Position numbers and translations under genes: made by a program
Assembly (NCBI GenBank): GCA_050084515.1
Contig: CM114271.1
Span: 42,036,001-42,100,000 of the forward strand
Length of the DNA stretch: 64,000 nt
DNA from: Blasia pusilla
Lineage: Eukaryota
Reading direction: 5' to 3'
The notes under the pieces: generated by a model
What the model was told of the DNA's origin: nothing
Databases searched by the model: none
Seen by the model: only the letters and a program-made list of their open reading frames with translations
Shown here: one piece after another, positions 13,320 through 26,800 of the stretch
How positions within the stretch are numbered: the stretch's first letter is position 1
Layout of the letters: every line of letters starts with the position of its first letter

Positions 13320-15960
13320 GACATGAAAATGATCAAGATCCCATTCATCCATCCACAAAGGATGCGTTGGACATGCTTTAGACCATCCTACAATCATCAA
13401 AATATTATACAATACCATCCTTTAGTTCTCCTGCTTTGGGGAACACACATGAACATTCAACGTGTCACAAACACCAATTGCTCCTTCTATCTTATCAAAT
13501 ATGCATTAAAGTCAGAGCCTACACATTCCCTAGCTATTGAAACAAAAACTGCTAAGTACCTTGATCTAGAGAGCATAGATGAAGTTAGACCAAAGCTTGT
13601 ATTATGAGTTTTCCTCAACCGTTCAATTTTCGCAACAGAAGCAACGTTAGCATCCATGTAGATATCTATAATATTCAGATCCTAATGTGTCAAATATATT
13701 GATTAAGAACCTCCCTCACGCCGCACTTTGTTAACAAGAATTCTTCAATACCTTGCATCCACCTTGTTGAACTCTATTCTAGCAGACCATCTTCTTTCAA
13801 AGATTTTTCTTTCACACATTATTGCACAAGTTATGAAATTTATAAGAAACCTCCTAAGAAATACCCACACGCACTTGTAGGAATTGATTCTCTTGGAAAT
13901 AATATTTATTCTATATCCACACTTATCAAGTTCATAGAGTTCCACCCCTTACACCAATGGAATGAGTTCTTCTATAGCCTGCTCGTAGAGCACATTCCAT
14001 TTAGATCGGGGCAATCCCTTGTTTTTTCTACTTCCCCTCAATGGACATTTCTTCATGAATATCTACATCGAGACATAGTGAAAGATATAGATTCTATTAC
14101 AACACTGATACACAATCATGTTCTTCAAAACCTATGGATTAGTGTCCATATTGCAGAAATATTATCTAAATGTATAGATATTTTATGCATAGTGTTTGAT
14201 AGTGGTATCAATTCATTTCTCATAGATGCTACCCCCATTCCTCAACCACTTCATCACAACACTGATACTCACATCTAGCAACTAGATGAGAGTGTACTAA
14301 ATGCACAACAACACAACCTATTCAAATATATGCAAGACGTTTGCTCTAGGTTATTCTTACTATAAGGGGCTCCAAGTTCGGGAAAAATATTCTTTGTTAA
14401 TTTTAGGTGTAGGTATTGGAAAAACAAAAGGCTACTCTTTGCTATTTGCTGCTACTATAGATATTCCGGCGCTCCGTCTCCATGCATATGCTAGAATAGT
14501 CCACAATGCATTTGGCATTCCACTTCGTGCGAACATACCTTTCACACATGGTGCGTTTGATGCTTACATTAAGCTAGCGCTACAACAAGCAAATGTTATT
14601 GTTATAGATGCTATATCTATATTCACTCCCTCTTTGCCTATTGATGGAAAGGATATCCAAAATCTTTGATATGCATACAGTGGAGAACGAATGATGATCC
14701 ATGATGTGATTAGAGAGGAGGTTACACCAGTGGCTTGTAATGCATAGTATAAACTTGGGCAAGAGTAGCTGCGTATCCTACCTTCTACTACATAAGCAAC
14801 CTCTTCTTGAAGAAACGATCTCGTTACGTTTTTAGGTGGCTTTAATATATTGGGTGATGACATTGATATGATGGTTGATGATCCAATAGGTTCTAACTTG
14901 GTGTGTGAAGGTGCACATACTTAAGGGTCCATGATCGATGCCATAACAAGAATCAAGGAGGTAAGTTATGCAGTGAGACATGCTATCAGTGGATTTATTT
15001 CTTTTGCAATGGAAGTATTTCGGCACTTACATATGTCTTTTGATACTTTCTTGAAAATATGTGATTATAGCCATAAGGCTCAACCAAAGCAAACCATGTT
15101 ATGAAATAGCCCTTTCTCTAATACATTGGTTTTACTTGTAAATGCCACAAATGGCTATCTCCTAACTGTAGTCATAAATTTGAGATTTTTTTGCTACAAA
15201 TGTTACTTGCTATCTTCCCCATTGCTCAATGCAATTCAAAATCTTGAGTTAATGACATCCATGAGATACTCTGAGCACTCTGATTACCTCATGCTTCTCA
15301 CTACACTTAGATCCTCACTACCCACACAAGCTGCAATTCATACTTGCATAAAAGATTTTTTTCTTGATGAATCACAAGCTTTAGAATTTAATAGACATGA
15401 TACAATGATAGTGTGTTGACATCGTAGGTATGTCCAGGTATTTAAGACCATATGTGCATTAATTACTTTTGTAGGGATAGCTACTAATGCACCTTCAATC
15501 CAGAATTGACATTTTGGTTAGTAGATGATGATTCCCATTAGTTACAATATATTTCCATTGGGTGTCTTGTCATGCTAACTTCTAACATCAATCTTTCAAT
15601 TCAAGTTGTAAATGGCTCCCATGCCACTATTTCAACAGTGCACTATAGTGACTAGGACATACATTCCATAACAATTAGAATAACTTCCTCAGGTCACTTT
15701 GTCAGAGTCACAAGGTCCAACTTCTATACACTAAGATATGCATCTGGTTACAAGTATTTCAAAAAAATATTTCCACTAACTCTTGGATATACCATGACAC
15801 AACATAAGAGCCAAGGACTCCTTGTAAATTCTTGTTATTTGCTAGCAATAAAGCCAGCATTTGTTGTTGGTTTGGTTTATGTCATGCTTTCTCGAGTTTT
15901 TACTAGAAAATAGTTACGCATACTTGGTCACGTATCTGCCGACGATTTTGTGACAATTGG
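13320..15960 (+). pseudogene. Decayed Helitron RepHel (PIF1-family helicase)
   Basis: YHPLVLLLWGTHMNIQ...YLIKYALKSE linker, Walker A GAPSSGK (~14366), VIVIDAISI, LxSMRYSE...LR, VMLTSNIN...VNG, FPLTLGYTMTQHKSQG and LVYVMLSRV. These are PIF1 motifs in order, broken by stops and frameshifts. Confidence 0.82.
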
Positions 15961-15987
15961 CTAGCAAAAGTAGTCCCCTTGCCACTT

Positions 15988-16585
15988 TGTCACGTCTTTT
16001 AGCATAGATCGGTGAGATCTAGTAGAGCGCCTTCGCGAGTAGTGGAGGACAAGCTCAGGAGATCGAAGATGACCTGTTGAGGCCTCGGGAAACTTGAGAG
16101 AGCAGGTTTCCCCTTCGTTTCGGCTCATTTGGAGCCATATAGAGAAACTTACTATTTTAGGTAAGTACCATTTTGAGTATATGGTCAACTTTATATTTTT
16201 GGTAAGTGGCCCTTGACCTCCTACATCAGGTCAAGAGCCAATGAGGTGACTTGGGAGCATAGGTTACCATGGAGAGAGTTTGGGAGAGGGGAGGGGTATA
16301 CCTCAAAGAGAGAGAGTTTGAGAGCTCACACTCTTTTTTTGTTGAACCTCTTGGCATGAGGCAACGGAACTATGGTCTTGCTTGCCTTGTGTGTGTAACC
16401 CAAGCCTCTCAATAGGAGAGTGGGTTTGGTTTGACATTGAGAGAGACATGTGAGAGTGCACACATTTGAGAGCTATGGTGTTGAGAGGGATTGGATCTTG
16501 ATTTAATTAGAGATATTTTGATACTTCTTGTCTCGTTGTTTGGATGCCATGAGTTAGCATGGGATCATATGTGTGTTTGGTGACA
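15988..16585 (+). mobile_element. Solo LTR
   Basis: TGTCAC...GTGACA inverted termini. Clearly homologous to the LTR fragment at 35791-36107 and 48451 onward. No TSD seen. Confidence 0.65.
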
Positions 16586-18914
16586 GCGATGTATGTTGTG
16601 TAGCGATGTGTATGCGCACGACAACTTTCGTTCAACTTCTCCATTGTGCAGATGTCTACCAACGACAACACTTCCAGGACTAGAGGTAAGAAACCAGCAA
16701 GGAGTACACACCAACTCCAACACTCATCATCTACATCTCATTGAATCTACGATCTCCAATCAGATTCTCCCTAGCAAAAACACTCTATAGGACCAGCCTC
16801 TCAGCCTCAGGTGATTCCCTACAATACTGTCCAATGTATTCCATCTATCTTCCATTTTTCTCTATCTAACTACTTGATAGGTCCTTGCAAGTTACATGGA
16901 CTTCACCAATATGATACTCAATGACCTTCGGAGCATTATTACCGCCCAAAAAATTCAGGCTATCATAACCCAAGGAAAAGCTTGGGATGAGAAATTAATG
17001 AGCACCAACAAAGATGCCCTTCCACAAGTGAGCACACTCAATTATGTCTTTTACAATGCATTTGAGTACAAATTCAAAAGCATTCCTTTTTTACTATTTT
17101 CTTCTTTAATGTCTTTACAGGAGTCCAAAATCGAAGGAGGCTTTGTCCTATAAGAAGATCGATTTCAAAGAAACTTCACTAACAAGGTCCTAAGCTAGGC
17201 TCGGCTAGTGTCGGCATTCTTTGTAAAGTCTGTCGACAGAATTTGAGAATTTGTGAAAGGATTTGAACTTGAACGGGAAGAAAACCGATGAGAAAAATCT
17301 AGTGATCGGAAACGAGCTGCCCGGTTAGAAATTGGCGGCAATTTTGAGGAAATTGTTCAAGAGAGACCAGTAATATTTCCGAATTAAATATCCAGACCTC
17401 CTATATTTTCCGGGTAAGAATGAATTTTCCGGGCAGCGCCATACGTCTTTCCATGGGACTAGGGTTGGTACTAGGTAATAGGTACGTTAAGGTACCTTAA
17501 CTAGCATTTAAAGCTTATCTAAACCGAGCATCCGACTAAATTCTTGCCGGAGACTTCCAGGGGAGAACGGAAACTTGCCGAGCATTCTTGTATGCACCGG
17601 CTATAACTGGAACATGAGAAAATTCGACGGGAACAACCGAGTAAACGAGTGATTGCTTTTAGAGAATACCTAGAGGGTTACCCATGCGCATGCATAAAAT
17701 ACTATCGGAGCACTGGTCCTAAGGCAATAGGCTATTTGTAATGGCCTCCGGCGGCATCTGCCTTCATCAACTTGGATCCTTCCGACACCAATTCTTGCCT
17801 TTCCACATGATCATTAATTTGACAACTCCGAAACCTCATACTTGCTTACTGGAATGAAGCTTGCTCATTCCAACGGTGAACATTCCTGAGTTCACACGGA
17901 ATTTACGAATAAATCAAGGTAATTAATGAAGGAAGAAGTTGTAAACGTGGATGCATGTGACCACCGCTTCCAGACTTCCAGTTCGCTCGCGGAATCTACC
18001 GAAATACAGTGTCATAACGCTGTCTGACCAGAAGTTGACGTAAACTTCATTAATCTGTTGTGATTCCATCTCCCTCCGTAACTTGATGACTGGATTCAGT
18101 CATCGTCGCATTTACATCGACTGGTTTTCAGTTACCGCCTCCGTCAATACGGCCACGGGAACTGGGCATGTCCCAAAAGTCACGTGAAGCGGTGCGCTTG
18201 ACTTCACCAACATTCGGACAGTAAATCATTTCAAACGAAATTTCAAAGAATTATAGTAAAATACCAAAATACGTTTTAAATATTATAAAAATCCATTATT
18301 TGATTCACAGAGTAAATGACAGCTATAAACAGGAAAATCATTAAAGAAGGAACTTAGTGTGTCAGTCACCTTTGGAATAGTTTTTTGTCACCTAGGGAGC
18401 TTCTTACGTCGAAGAACTCACGTAGCAAAAGAAAGGATCGCATGCGGCGCCGTGCGCGTGTGGTTTTTTCAATTCGAGGCTACGGAGGCGTCTCACTCTG
18501 ACAGGATGGATAAGAATAAACGTGAATACGCGAGGTGCAAAAACGCTGCTTTCTTGGAAAACCCAAATGCTGTCATGATTGCAAACTGGACAACGCTTTC
18601 GAAAGCCATAGATAGTCGCGGCCATGCGTTTAAGGCCGCGTAGACTAGGCCTTAGGTGCAGGCGGTTCGGCACGGGACTAGGGTCGGAAATACCGGCAGC
18701 GGATATCGACTTTCAAGGACGGACGGACGGACGGATGGAGTTTCGGATGGACGGACGGACCCCAGACGGAAGGACGTATGGACGGACGGAATAAATTCCG
18801 TCCGTGTAGTTTTCCGTTCTATATCACACTCCGTCCGTTCGTAATTCCGTTCCGTATCGCAGTCCGTCCCCTCACCCATACTCTCCCGCCATCCCGTTTT
18901 GAAAAAACAAATTT

Positions 18915-19045
18915 ACCATGCGGATTAGCAAATGCTTCAGAACCGCTCTTCGTGTTAGGGTGGGTTCACCATGCGGATTAGCAAATGCATCAGTACCGCT
19001 GTTCGTGTTAGGGTGGGTTTACCATGTGGATTAGCAAATCCTTCA
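18915..19045. repeat. 53-bp tandem repeat (~2.5 copies) in the MULE left subterminal region
   Basis: ACCATG(C/T)GGATTAGCAAAT recurs at 18915, 18968 and 19021. Confidence 0.85.
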
Positions 19046-19841
19046 GAGGAAGATAGGATTAGCGAGGATCAGACAGGGAGGTTCGGGAAGGTTGGATGAG
19101 TGAGGATTAAGAATCAATTTTCGGACTAAGAAGAGCCTTCGTCGATCAGGGATTGGATGTTCCGAAATGTTCGGGCATTGGATCCGAATAGCTGCGTGTT
19201 TGGATTAGCTAAACGTAGAAGAAAAAACCATAGTCTGACGGATAAAAAGGCTCCAATTTGTTTGGCTCCAAGCTGAACATTCTACTTGAGTACGTTTGAT
19301 ACTATTATTAGTGGCGATTAAGAATCATTTTCGGATTAAGAAGATTTCGGATTCCTAAACGTTCGGGCATTGGATTAGCTGCGTGTTTGGATTAGTTAAA
19401 CGTAGAAAATAAAACCAGAGTTTCTTCGAGCTTTTGACGGATAAAGAAGGCTCCCATCTGTTCGGTCTTGCAGAGCTTAATGAGTGAACCTCAACCTGAG
19501 TACGGTTTATACTATGATTTGAAAGGTATGTATCTCTCGCCTCAAATTTGTTTTTGTAGTAAAGCAGGTGGTTTCTCGTTCTGCCCTTTGTTTGATCAGA
19601 AGAAGTCTTCCCTTAAACCTGAGTTTATGTATTTGAAAGCATGCTGTACCTCACTGCTAGGGTTTCACTGATATATGAATGATACTAAGTATCACTAAGT
19701 AATCCCTATGCATGCTTCGTGTGTTTTTGGTAATTATGAGGAAATCTGCATGTCCGAACACAGACCTCATTGTGTTCTTCTTTTCTTCTTGTGATTGGCA
19801 GCTTCTCAAAGCCCTCGCAAATCTGTATCCACTCTGTCACC

Positions 19842-22800
19842 ATGGTGAAATACACAAAATATTCCACTACATTACAATGTGATACTATCCAAACCCCACC
19901 GCCTGGTCCTTTTTTAAGAGAACACCTCATTTGGTATGGTGACCGAAAGGAGGCATGGATTCCTGCTGAAAGGGTACATGACTTCATCCGTGGTGAAGAA
20001 TATAGACGGCATTATCAGACTACTTTCCGAATCAGCAAGACTGATAAATCAGGACACAAGAATCTTACCATTCGATATTGGTGCGCATATGGACCGCATG
20101 ATTGTAGGGGTTCGGTTTGGACATCTTTGCCCAACGAGGTCTTTGACCCTAACATTCGTCGCATAGGGGGCAAGGGTAGCAGGCTAGAAAACCAGAGCAC
20201 ACGCTTTGGACTATCTCAAGGACGCGGATGCCAATTTCACTTCGCTGTAGTCTATCCAACAGATCGTGCTGGTTTCTGTATGATAAGGCATCTTCATTCA
20301 AACCATGTGGACAAGGAAGGTCGGATATGCCATGGTGACTTGGATAAGACAGCAGATATTGCAAATGCAATTGTCGCCCCGAAACTAAGTTTGCACTGCA
20401 GGGATTTTGTAGAGCGCTTGTTACGAGTGAATGTAAGCCCCAAGAATATCATGAAAGAGCATAGGAGGTGGATTCGCGTACACATCCGTGAAAACCCCAA
20501 TCAGAAACATGCATGGGGTTAGGGACGCCATGCTCAAGCATCAAGACATACTAAATATTAAGCATTCTATGCGAAGGCGAGAAGGGGGATATGACGGAAC
20601 CGATGACGCTACTGCAATTCATCACTGGGTACAAGCACATCTTGAGAATGTAATTTACTATAGGGAGGCTATTTCCAAGTTGAACCAGTCCTTTTGCCTT
20701 GTACTTTCCACACCTTGGATGCTCCAGAATCTCTTAGAGCTAGGGAACGGCGGGGCCATCTCCATGGACGCAACCCATGGCACAAACACCTACGAGGTTA
20801 GTTGGCCTTGATCCTATCATTATTGTAGAATTGATGGAGCCATGGAGCAAGGAACCGGAAATGGTCCTACTTAAGGACTGTTTGAAATGTTGGATGTTTT
20901 GAACTTAGTGTAAAGTGTCTTCAAAGAATACATGATTCAAATGTGTGATTTCCACTACTTTCATTGGACATTATAGGTGAGTCAATGCGTTTATCTTCAT
21001 TGGTAACCATTCCCTTTTGTGCGATTTTTCTTACTTACACCCTGGTGCCTGTTTTCATTTGTCTTCTCTTCTGAACATTATGTTATGTGTGTTCACAGTA
21101 TCAATTATTCACATTTCTGGGTTTTGATAAGTTCCAGGATGGCATGCCATTGGTATGGGCAATCCTACAACGACATCAACACGAAGATCTGGTAGAGACC
21201 TTGTCCCAAATCAAGGACTGGGCACAGAGGAATATACACTCGAGCTTGCAAGATACAGAGGCAAATGAATGGAAGCCTTCATGCTTCATTGTGGATGATT
21301 CGAAAGAGGAACAATCTGCTATCCGAAATGTATTTCCAGGTGTCCGTATTGACCTCTACCTATGGCATGTTCGCAAGAACTGGTTAAAGAATCTGCATCA
21401 ACAAGTGCGTTGTCCAATTACGAAAGCGGACATGAACAGAGACTTGGGTGGTGTAATGTACTCACGTGATGAAGGTATATCATCAACCACCCTGATAGTA
21501 CACTTACATGCTTTTCTCTTTCCCTGGATGGTTTCCTCCACATACCGCTCAGTGACTAATAAATAATTTGCATATGCCATTGCAGATCCCATCGACGCCT
21601 CCTATCGGTTCATGCGCAAGTGGGTTGGATCAAAACGACACTTTGTGAAGTACTATGGAAGCTACTGGCATCCAAAAATTTTGAACTGGGCCAAGGGATA
21701 CCGCAAGCACGCAAGGTCCAACCAAGATACGAACGCTGCAATCGAAAGGTGGCACCACACTCTAAAAATGCACCTAGCGTCCAGCATGCCCACCAAGCCA
21801 ACAAGAAAACTGATATGGCTTGTGCAAATGCTCACTGGTGAAATAGAAGATTTCTTCTGGTACCTAGGCTTCTTGAAACGAGAAGGCATGGTGAGAAACA
21901 AGGCCATACAAAAAGTCATGCTCATGGCAATTAAAAGGGCAAATGACATACCGGATAATCATGTCACATTTGATTTGGTAGATGGGAGGAAATGTGCGAA
22001 GGTGAAAAGTATTTCAAATAGAGATGTTTGGCATGATGTGGTCGACTACGATACAAGAGATGTTGTTTGTACATGTCCTCGTGCCAACGAAGGGTTCACT
22101 TGTAAACATCAGTTCTGTCTTCATACCCGTCTTTGATGTGATTCAGGGTCTTTACATCAGATTTCAGCAAGCTGAATTCCATCTGTTTTAACACACTCCG
22201 TCTGCAGGTAAAATGTCTTCTCCTCTATGGCCACACAGAAGTTCAGTTGTTGTCTTGCTTAGGAACTCGCTTTGGAAGAGAGTGGGTGGGTTTGAAAATT
22301 TGGTGCAAGAGCCACACAAGGATGAATTACATGAAAAAGATCAGGAAGACGAAGATGGAGATATTGGGCATGAGGGACAAGACCATGTGCTTGCTGAACC
22401 TACAAGAAGAGATTCGCCACCAAAAACCACCACCAAGGATGTTCGAGACATCATGGAGAAATGCCTAAACGCTACCCTTGGGGTTCCATTCTCAAATATG
22501 CTCCTAGAACACTTGTTTCAACTAGTGCACAAGGATTTAGATTCAGTTTTGAACCTCAAGGCCAGGGTAGAGACTAACACTCACGTTGAAGGTAATGCTA
22601 ATGACATTGCCACACACTTTCCTGAGCCGTTTGTGGGGAATGAACCACAGAACCGTGGCCTGCGTAGGCGCCTGAATTGGCTAGACCGCTTGCATTTAAA
22701 ACGAAGGTCTCGTGATCCTGTTAGAACTCAGCCGAGTTTCGAAGAGCACCAAGTGGAATCCTTCCACAGAGTGAGGAAAACTAAGTTTTTGAACATGGAG

Positions 22801-23094
22801 GCAGAAATGGAAGGGTCGGCATGTATTAGTTTGGACCTGGTGGCTCTATTGAGCCAAGTTGATGAGAACCCGTCCCATGGCTAAAACGCAGATTCCCAAT
22901 GGCCTTTGGTAAACAGCACACCTCATAGTACATACAGGTCTGCCGGTGTCTCAAAGAGGACAAAAGTGGACATTATGCTTGATAGCCTTGCTGATTCATC
23001 TATTCCATTAGATTGTAAATTACACCCTGGAGCTATAGGAGAAACCAATGACGCCCTAATTATCTTGGACTCTCAAGAAGAAACTCTTGTGTGA
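19842..23094 (+). pseudogene. MULE-family transposase with SWIM finger (multi-exon, a few frameshifts)
   Basis: Exons ~19842-20796, 21099-21474, 21586-~22112 and 22208 onward, with GT-AG introns (third donor damaged). Catalytic motifs MDATHGTN, FIVDD, YLWH (CxxH position) and TNAAIERWH. SWIM CTCP...CKH. Confidence 0.88.
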
Positions 23095-23899
23095 AAGCCA
23101 ATTGAATCTCCTTTAATACTGTGAAGTAAAGCGTTGTAACGTCCTTGTAACACGAAGTAGGAGGTGTTACACGCGAACACATGATATACAGTGTTCTGCA
23201 TGTTTTTAAATCGAACACCTGAAAACATGTGTTCATCCCTTATTATGTTGTGCATTCTTGAATAAAACCTTTTGAATCAAGTTTGGTTTCTACCGCGATG
23301 GCAGCTCTGACAAGATCCCATTCGGATCCCGTTGCCATTTTTGAATCTCATTTATGCACTTCTCAAGTCGGTCGGGCACGCATACCGCGCACGCGCACCA
23401 TTCCACATCGGAGGCTTAACCACGTACAGGGGGGCGCAGCTATAGTGCGTCGTGTTCCACGCCGTAGAGGCAAAACACCGCCACTTTCATCATAAAGAGA
23501 TTCCTCTAAACTAGTTGTAACTAAAGAAGATAGGCTTGACTAGAAAAAAACGCTTTGGACACGCTCCCAACCCTACCCTCGAGCCATGTCCCTCTTCGTA
23601 AAGTTTTAGCGGCGTCGACCCTACCACAGCTAACTTAGTTGACCCTAAATTCGTCGCTAAAATAATCATGTGAAACGAATAGCCGTTAAATAATGTTGAA
23701 GTGCAACAATGACTTGTCTATAATACTCGTATGCGGTGATATGTAGTGAAACAAAGCATATGCAAGATGAACATCGCAGCTCCAGTGTTCATCTTGTTGA
23801 ACACCTCACAAACAGTGTTCCAAGTCCATGGATATGTACTAGGCCATGTTTAGAACCTCAACAAGTATAGAAGACCATCAGTTACAAACCAAACATACA

Positions 23900-26800
23900 C
23901 ATTTAGATTGTGGACAGGAGTGGCTTCAGTTGGTTGAATGCGATAAGTGTGTGAAAATGTCGAGACAGAAACAGATTGTCGACACGAGTTGCCTGAAAGG
24001 GTTGAATGCGATAAGCCATAGAAAATGTCACCCATACATTGGGAACAACACATATCACATTATGCACTTCGACTTTTCATAAAAAAGGCAATTGCAGAGT
24101 ACAAGTGTGATTTCTTAAGTTACATCTAACCCTGTGGCAACCCGGGAGGAAAGGGATTGGCACACAGAAAAAGAGTGTCGACAGAAACAGATTTTCGACA
24201 GGAGTTGCCTGAAAGGGTTGAATGCGATAAGCCATAGAAAATGTCACCCATACATTGGGAACAACACATATCACATTATGCACTTCGACTTTTCATAAAA
24301 AAGGAAATTGTAGAGTACAAGTGTGATTTCTTAAGTTACATCTAACCCTGTGGCAACCCGGGAGGAAAGGGATTGGCACATTGAAAAAAAGAGTGTCGTG
24401 TAAAAGCAGTTGTCGACAGGAGTTGCCTGAAAGGGTTGAATGCGATAAGCCATAGAAAATGTCACCCATACATTGGGAACAACACATATCACATTATGCA
24501 CTTCGACTTTTCATAAAAAAGGCAATTGCAGAGTACATGTGGGATTTCTTAAGTTACATCTAACCCTATGGCAACCCGGGAGGAAAGGGATTGGCACACA
24601 GAAAAAGAGTGTCGACAGAAACAGATTGTCGACAGGAGTTGCCTGAAAGGGTTGAATGCGATAAGCCATAGAAAATGTCACCCATACATTGGGAACAACA
24701 CATATCACAATATGCACTTCGACTTTTCATAAAAAAGGCAATTGTAGAGTACAAGTGTGATTTCTTAAGTTATATCTAACCCTGTGGCAACCTGGGAGGA
24801 AAGGGATTGGCACACAGAAAAAGAGTGTCGACAGAAACAGATTGTCGACAGGAGTTGCCTGAAAGGGTTGAATGCGATAAGCCATAGAAAATGTCACCCA
24901 TACATTGGGAACAACACATATCACATTATGCACTTCGACTTTTCATAAAAAAGGCAATTGCAGAGTACAAGTGGGATTTCTTAAGTTACATCTAACCCTG
25001 TGGCAACCCGGGAGGAAAGGGATTGGCACATAGAAAAAGAGTGTCGACAGAAACAGATTGTCGACAGGAGTTGCCTGAAAGGGTTGAATGCGATAAGCCA
25101 TAGAAAATGTCACCCATACATTGGGAACAACACATATCACAATATGCACTTCGACTTTTCATAAAAAAGGCAATTGTAGAGTACATGTGGGATTTCTTAA
25201 GTTACATCTAACCCTGGGGCAACCGGGGGGGGAATTAGCATAGAACATTTCCATCCTTCCCTCATTGCCATCATACATCCCGCATTTGCACAGAACAAAT
25301 CAACAACCTCACCTTTAGGACATGCCAACATAAATTGCATAAATACAAGGACACCGTCATTGCAAGAGACTGAAATAAGATTGTCTAACCTGTTTTAGCT
25401 TCATGTTGTAGTGCTCAAGGAAGGTTTGCAAAACTGACAAACTCTAGCAGCCGCCATAGATAAGGAACAAAATTGTCCGACCGATAGCCTCTGTTGGGGT
25501 GTTCAATGCAAAACTGCAAAACCTGAAGCAGCCGCCGTCCATCAATAAATTCAAAGCATTCCATGGCACATAAGTAGGCCATAGGTTCATCCTCAAAGAT
25601 AGTAAAAATTTTATACAGAGTCTGCACAATTCCCAACAGCCGGCTATCTATCACACAATGTACCAACACATGTAAATTTAAACTCTTGAGTAGGTTCAAA
25701 ATATCTCTATAGTCTATCAAAATTGTGAAAGAAGTTTTAGAGGCATATTGTCTTGGTTCATGTCATTACATGATGAGGCTGCAACTCTAATGTCGCCCCG
25801 CAAGAGCAATGCTCGATGACAAAGTTTCCATTTCTAACGCATCCAATGCCGGAGTCGAGAAAAGGGGCAGCGGAGTAGAATGAAAGTCTCCGCCATCCAC
25901 ATCAGCATGCTGGTCTTCACTTGGCACCGCTACCTCCCGCTGCACCGCTACCTCCCGCTGTATGTGTCCAACTCCACCCACCTAATTACCAGCTGAAGTG
26001 TTTGAGCCCTAAATTAGCATTGGACAGAAACGAATTTGAAGATCATCAATCTACTTAACATTAATTTTTGAAAGGGATGGAACACAACCTGGTCACTTCC
26101 GCTAAGCACGCCATCATTGTCCAAGTTCACAACAACCGCTACAGGGTGTCCATCTCCCGTCGGCGCCTGCTAAAAAGCCACATGAATGTGTGAGGCAAGT
26201 ACAACTCTTCCAGAAAAAATAAATATCTCAAAGGGTTTAGTATAGGAATGTTCTGTACCTACAATCCCGTCTCTAAGTCCGTCTTCTTCTTCATTTTGGC
26301 CAGCATGATCCTTCTCCTCCTTTTCAAGGACTCTTTAGTTCTCCCGGTAGGATACTTGGATCTCACAATAGGCTCACCCTACACCACCACTTGGTCTGGG
26401 CTAGGCGACAAACGGTATCCACGGGATGCTTGGCCTGCACTGGATACTACCGGATGAAGGCGAGGAGATCTCCTGGTATCACGCGTGACCCTGGAAGATC
26501 TCTCCATGGTGGGCCTACCGGATCTAGAGGTGGGTCTTAGATTCCGTGGGTGCACACTGTTAGAGTCAATTGGCTGTTCTGAAAATACAGGCTCTACGTC
26601 AGGCCGCCCCAACCTCTCCTCCATCCTCTGTGTTCCTGCAAAATCTGGAGATCTATGACCATCATCTAGCGAGTCTGAGTCACTGGAGTCCACAATCTCC
26701 ATATCCACACCGCCCTGCACACATGTTCACCAAATGACCAATCATCTGAAATGCACAAGAGTAGAAAGCATGCATAGAATGTACAAACTTAGCCTAATTT

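Noticed and set aside
17200-18600. CpG-containing stretch with possible exon fragments and a CTAG|T Helitron end at ~17209
   Set aside because: No sustained ORF, recognisable motif or good terminal hairpin.
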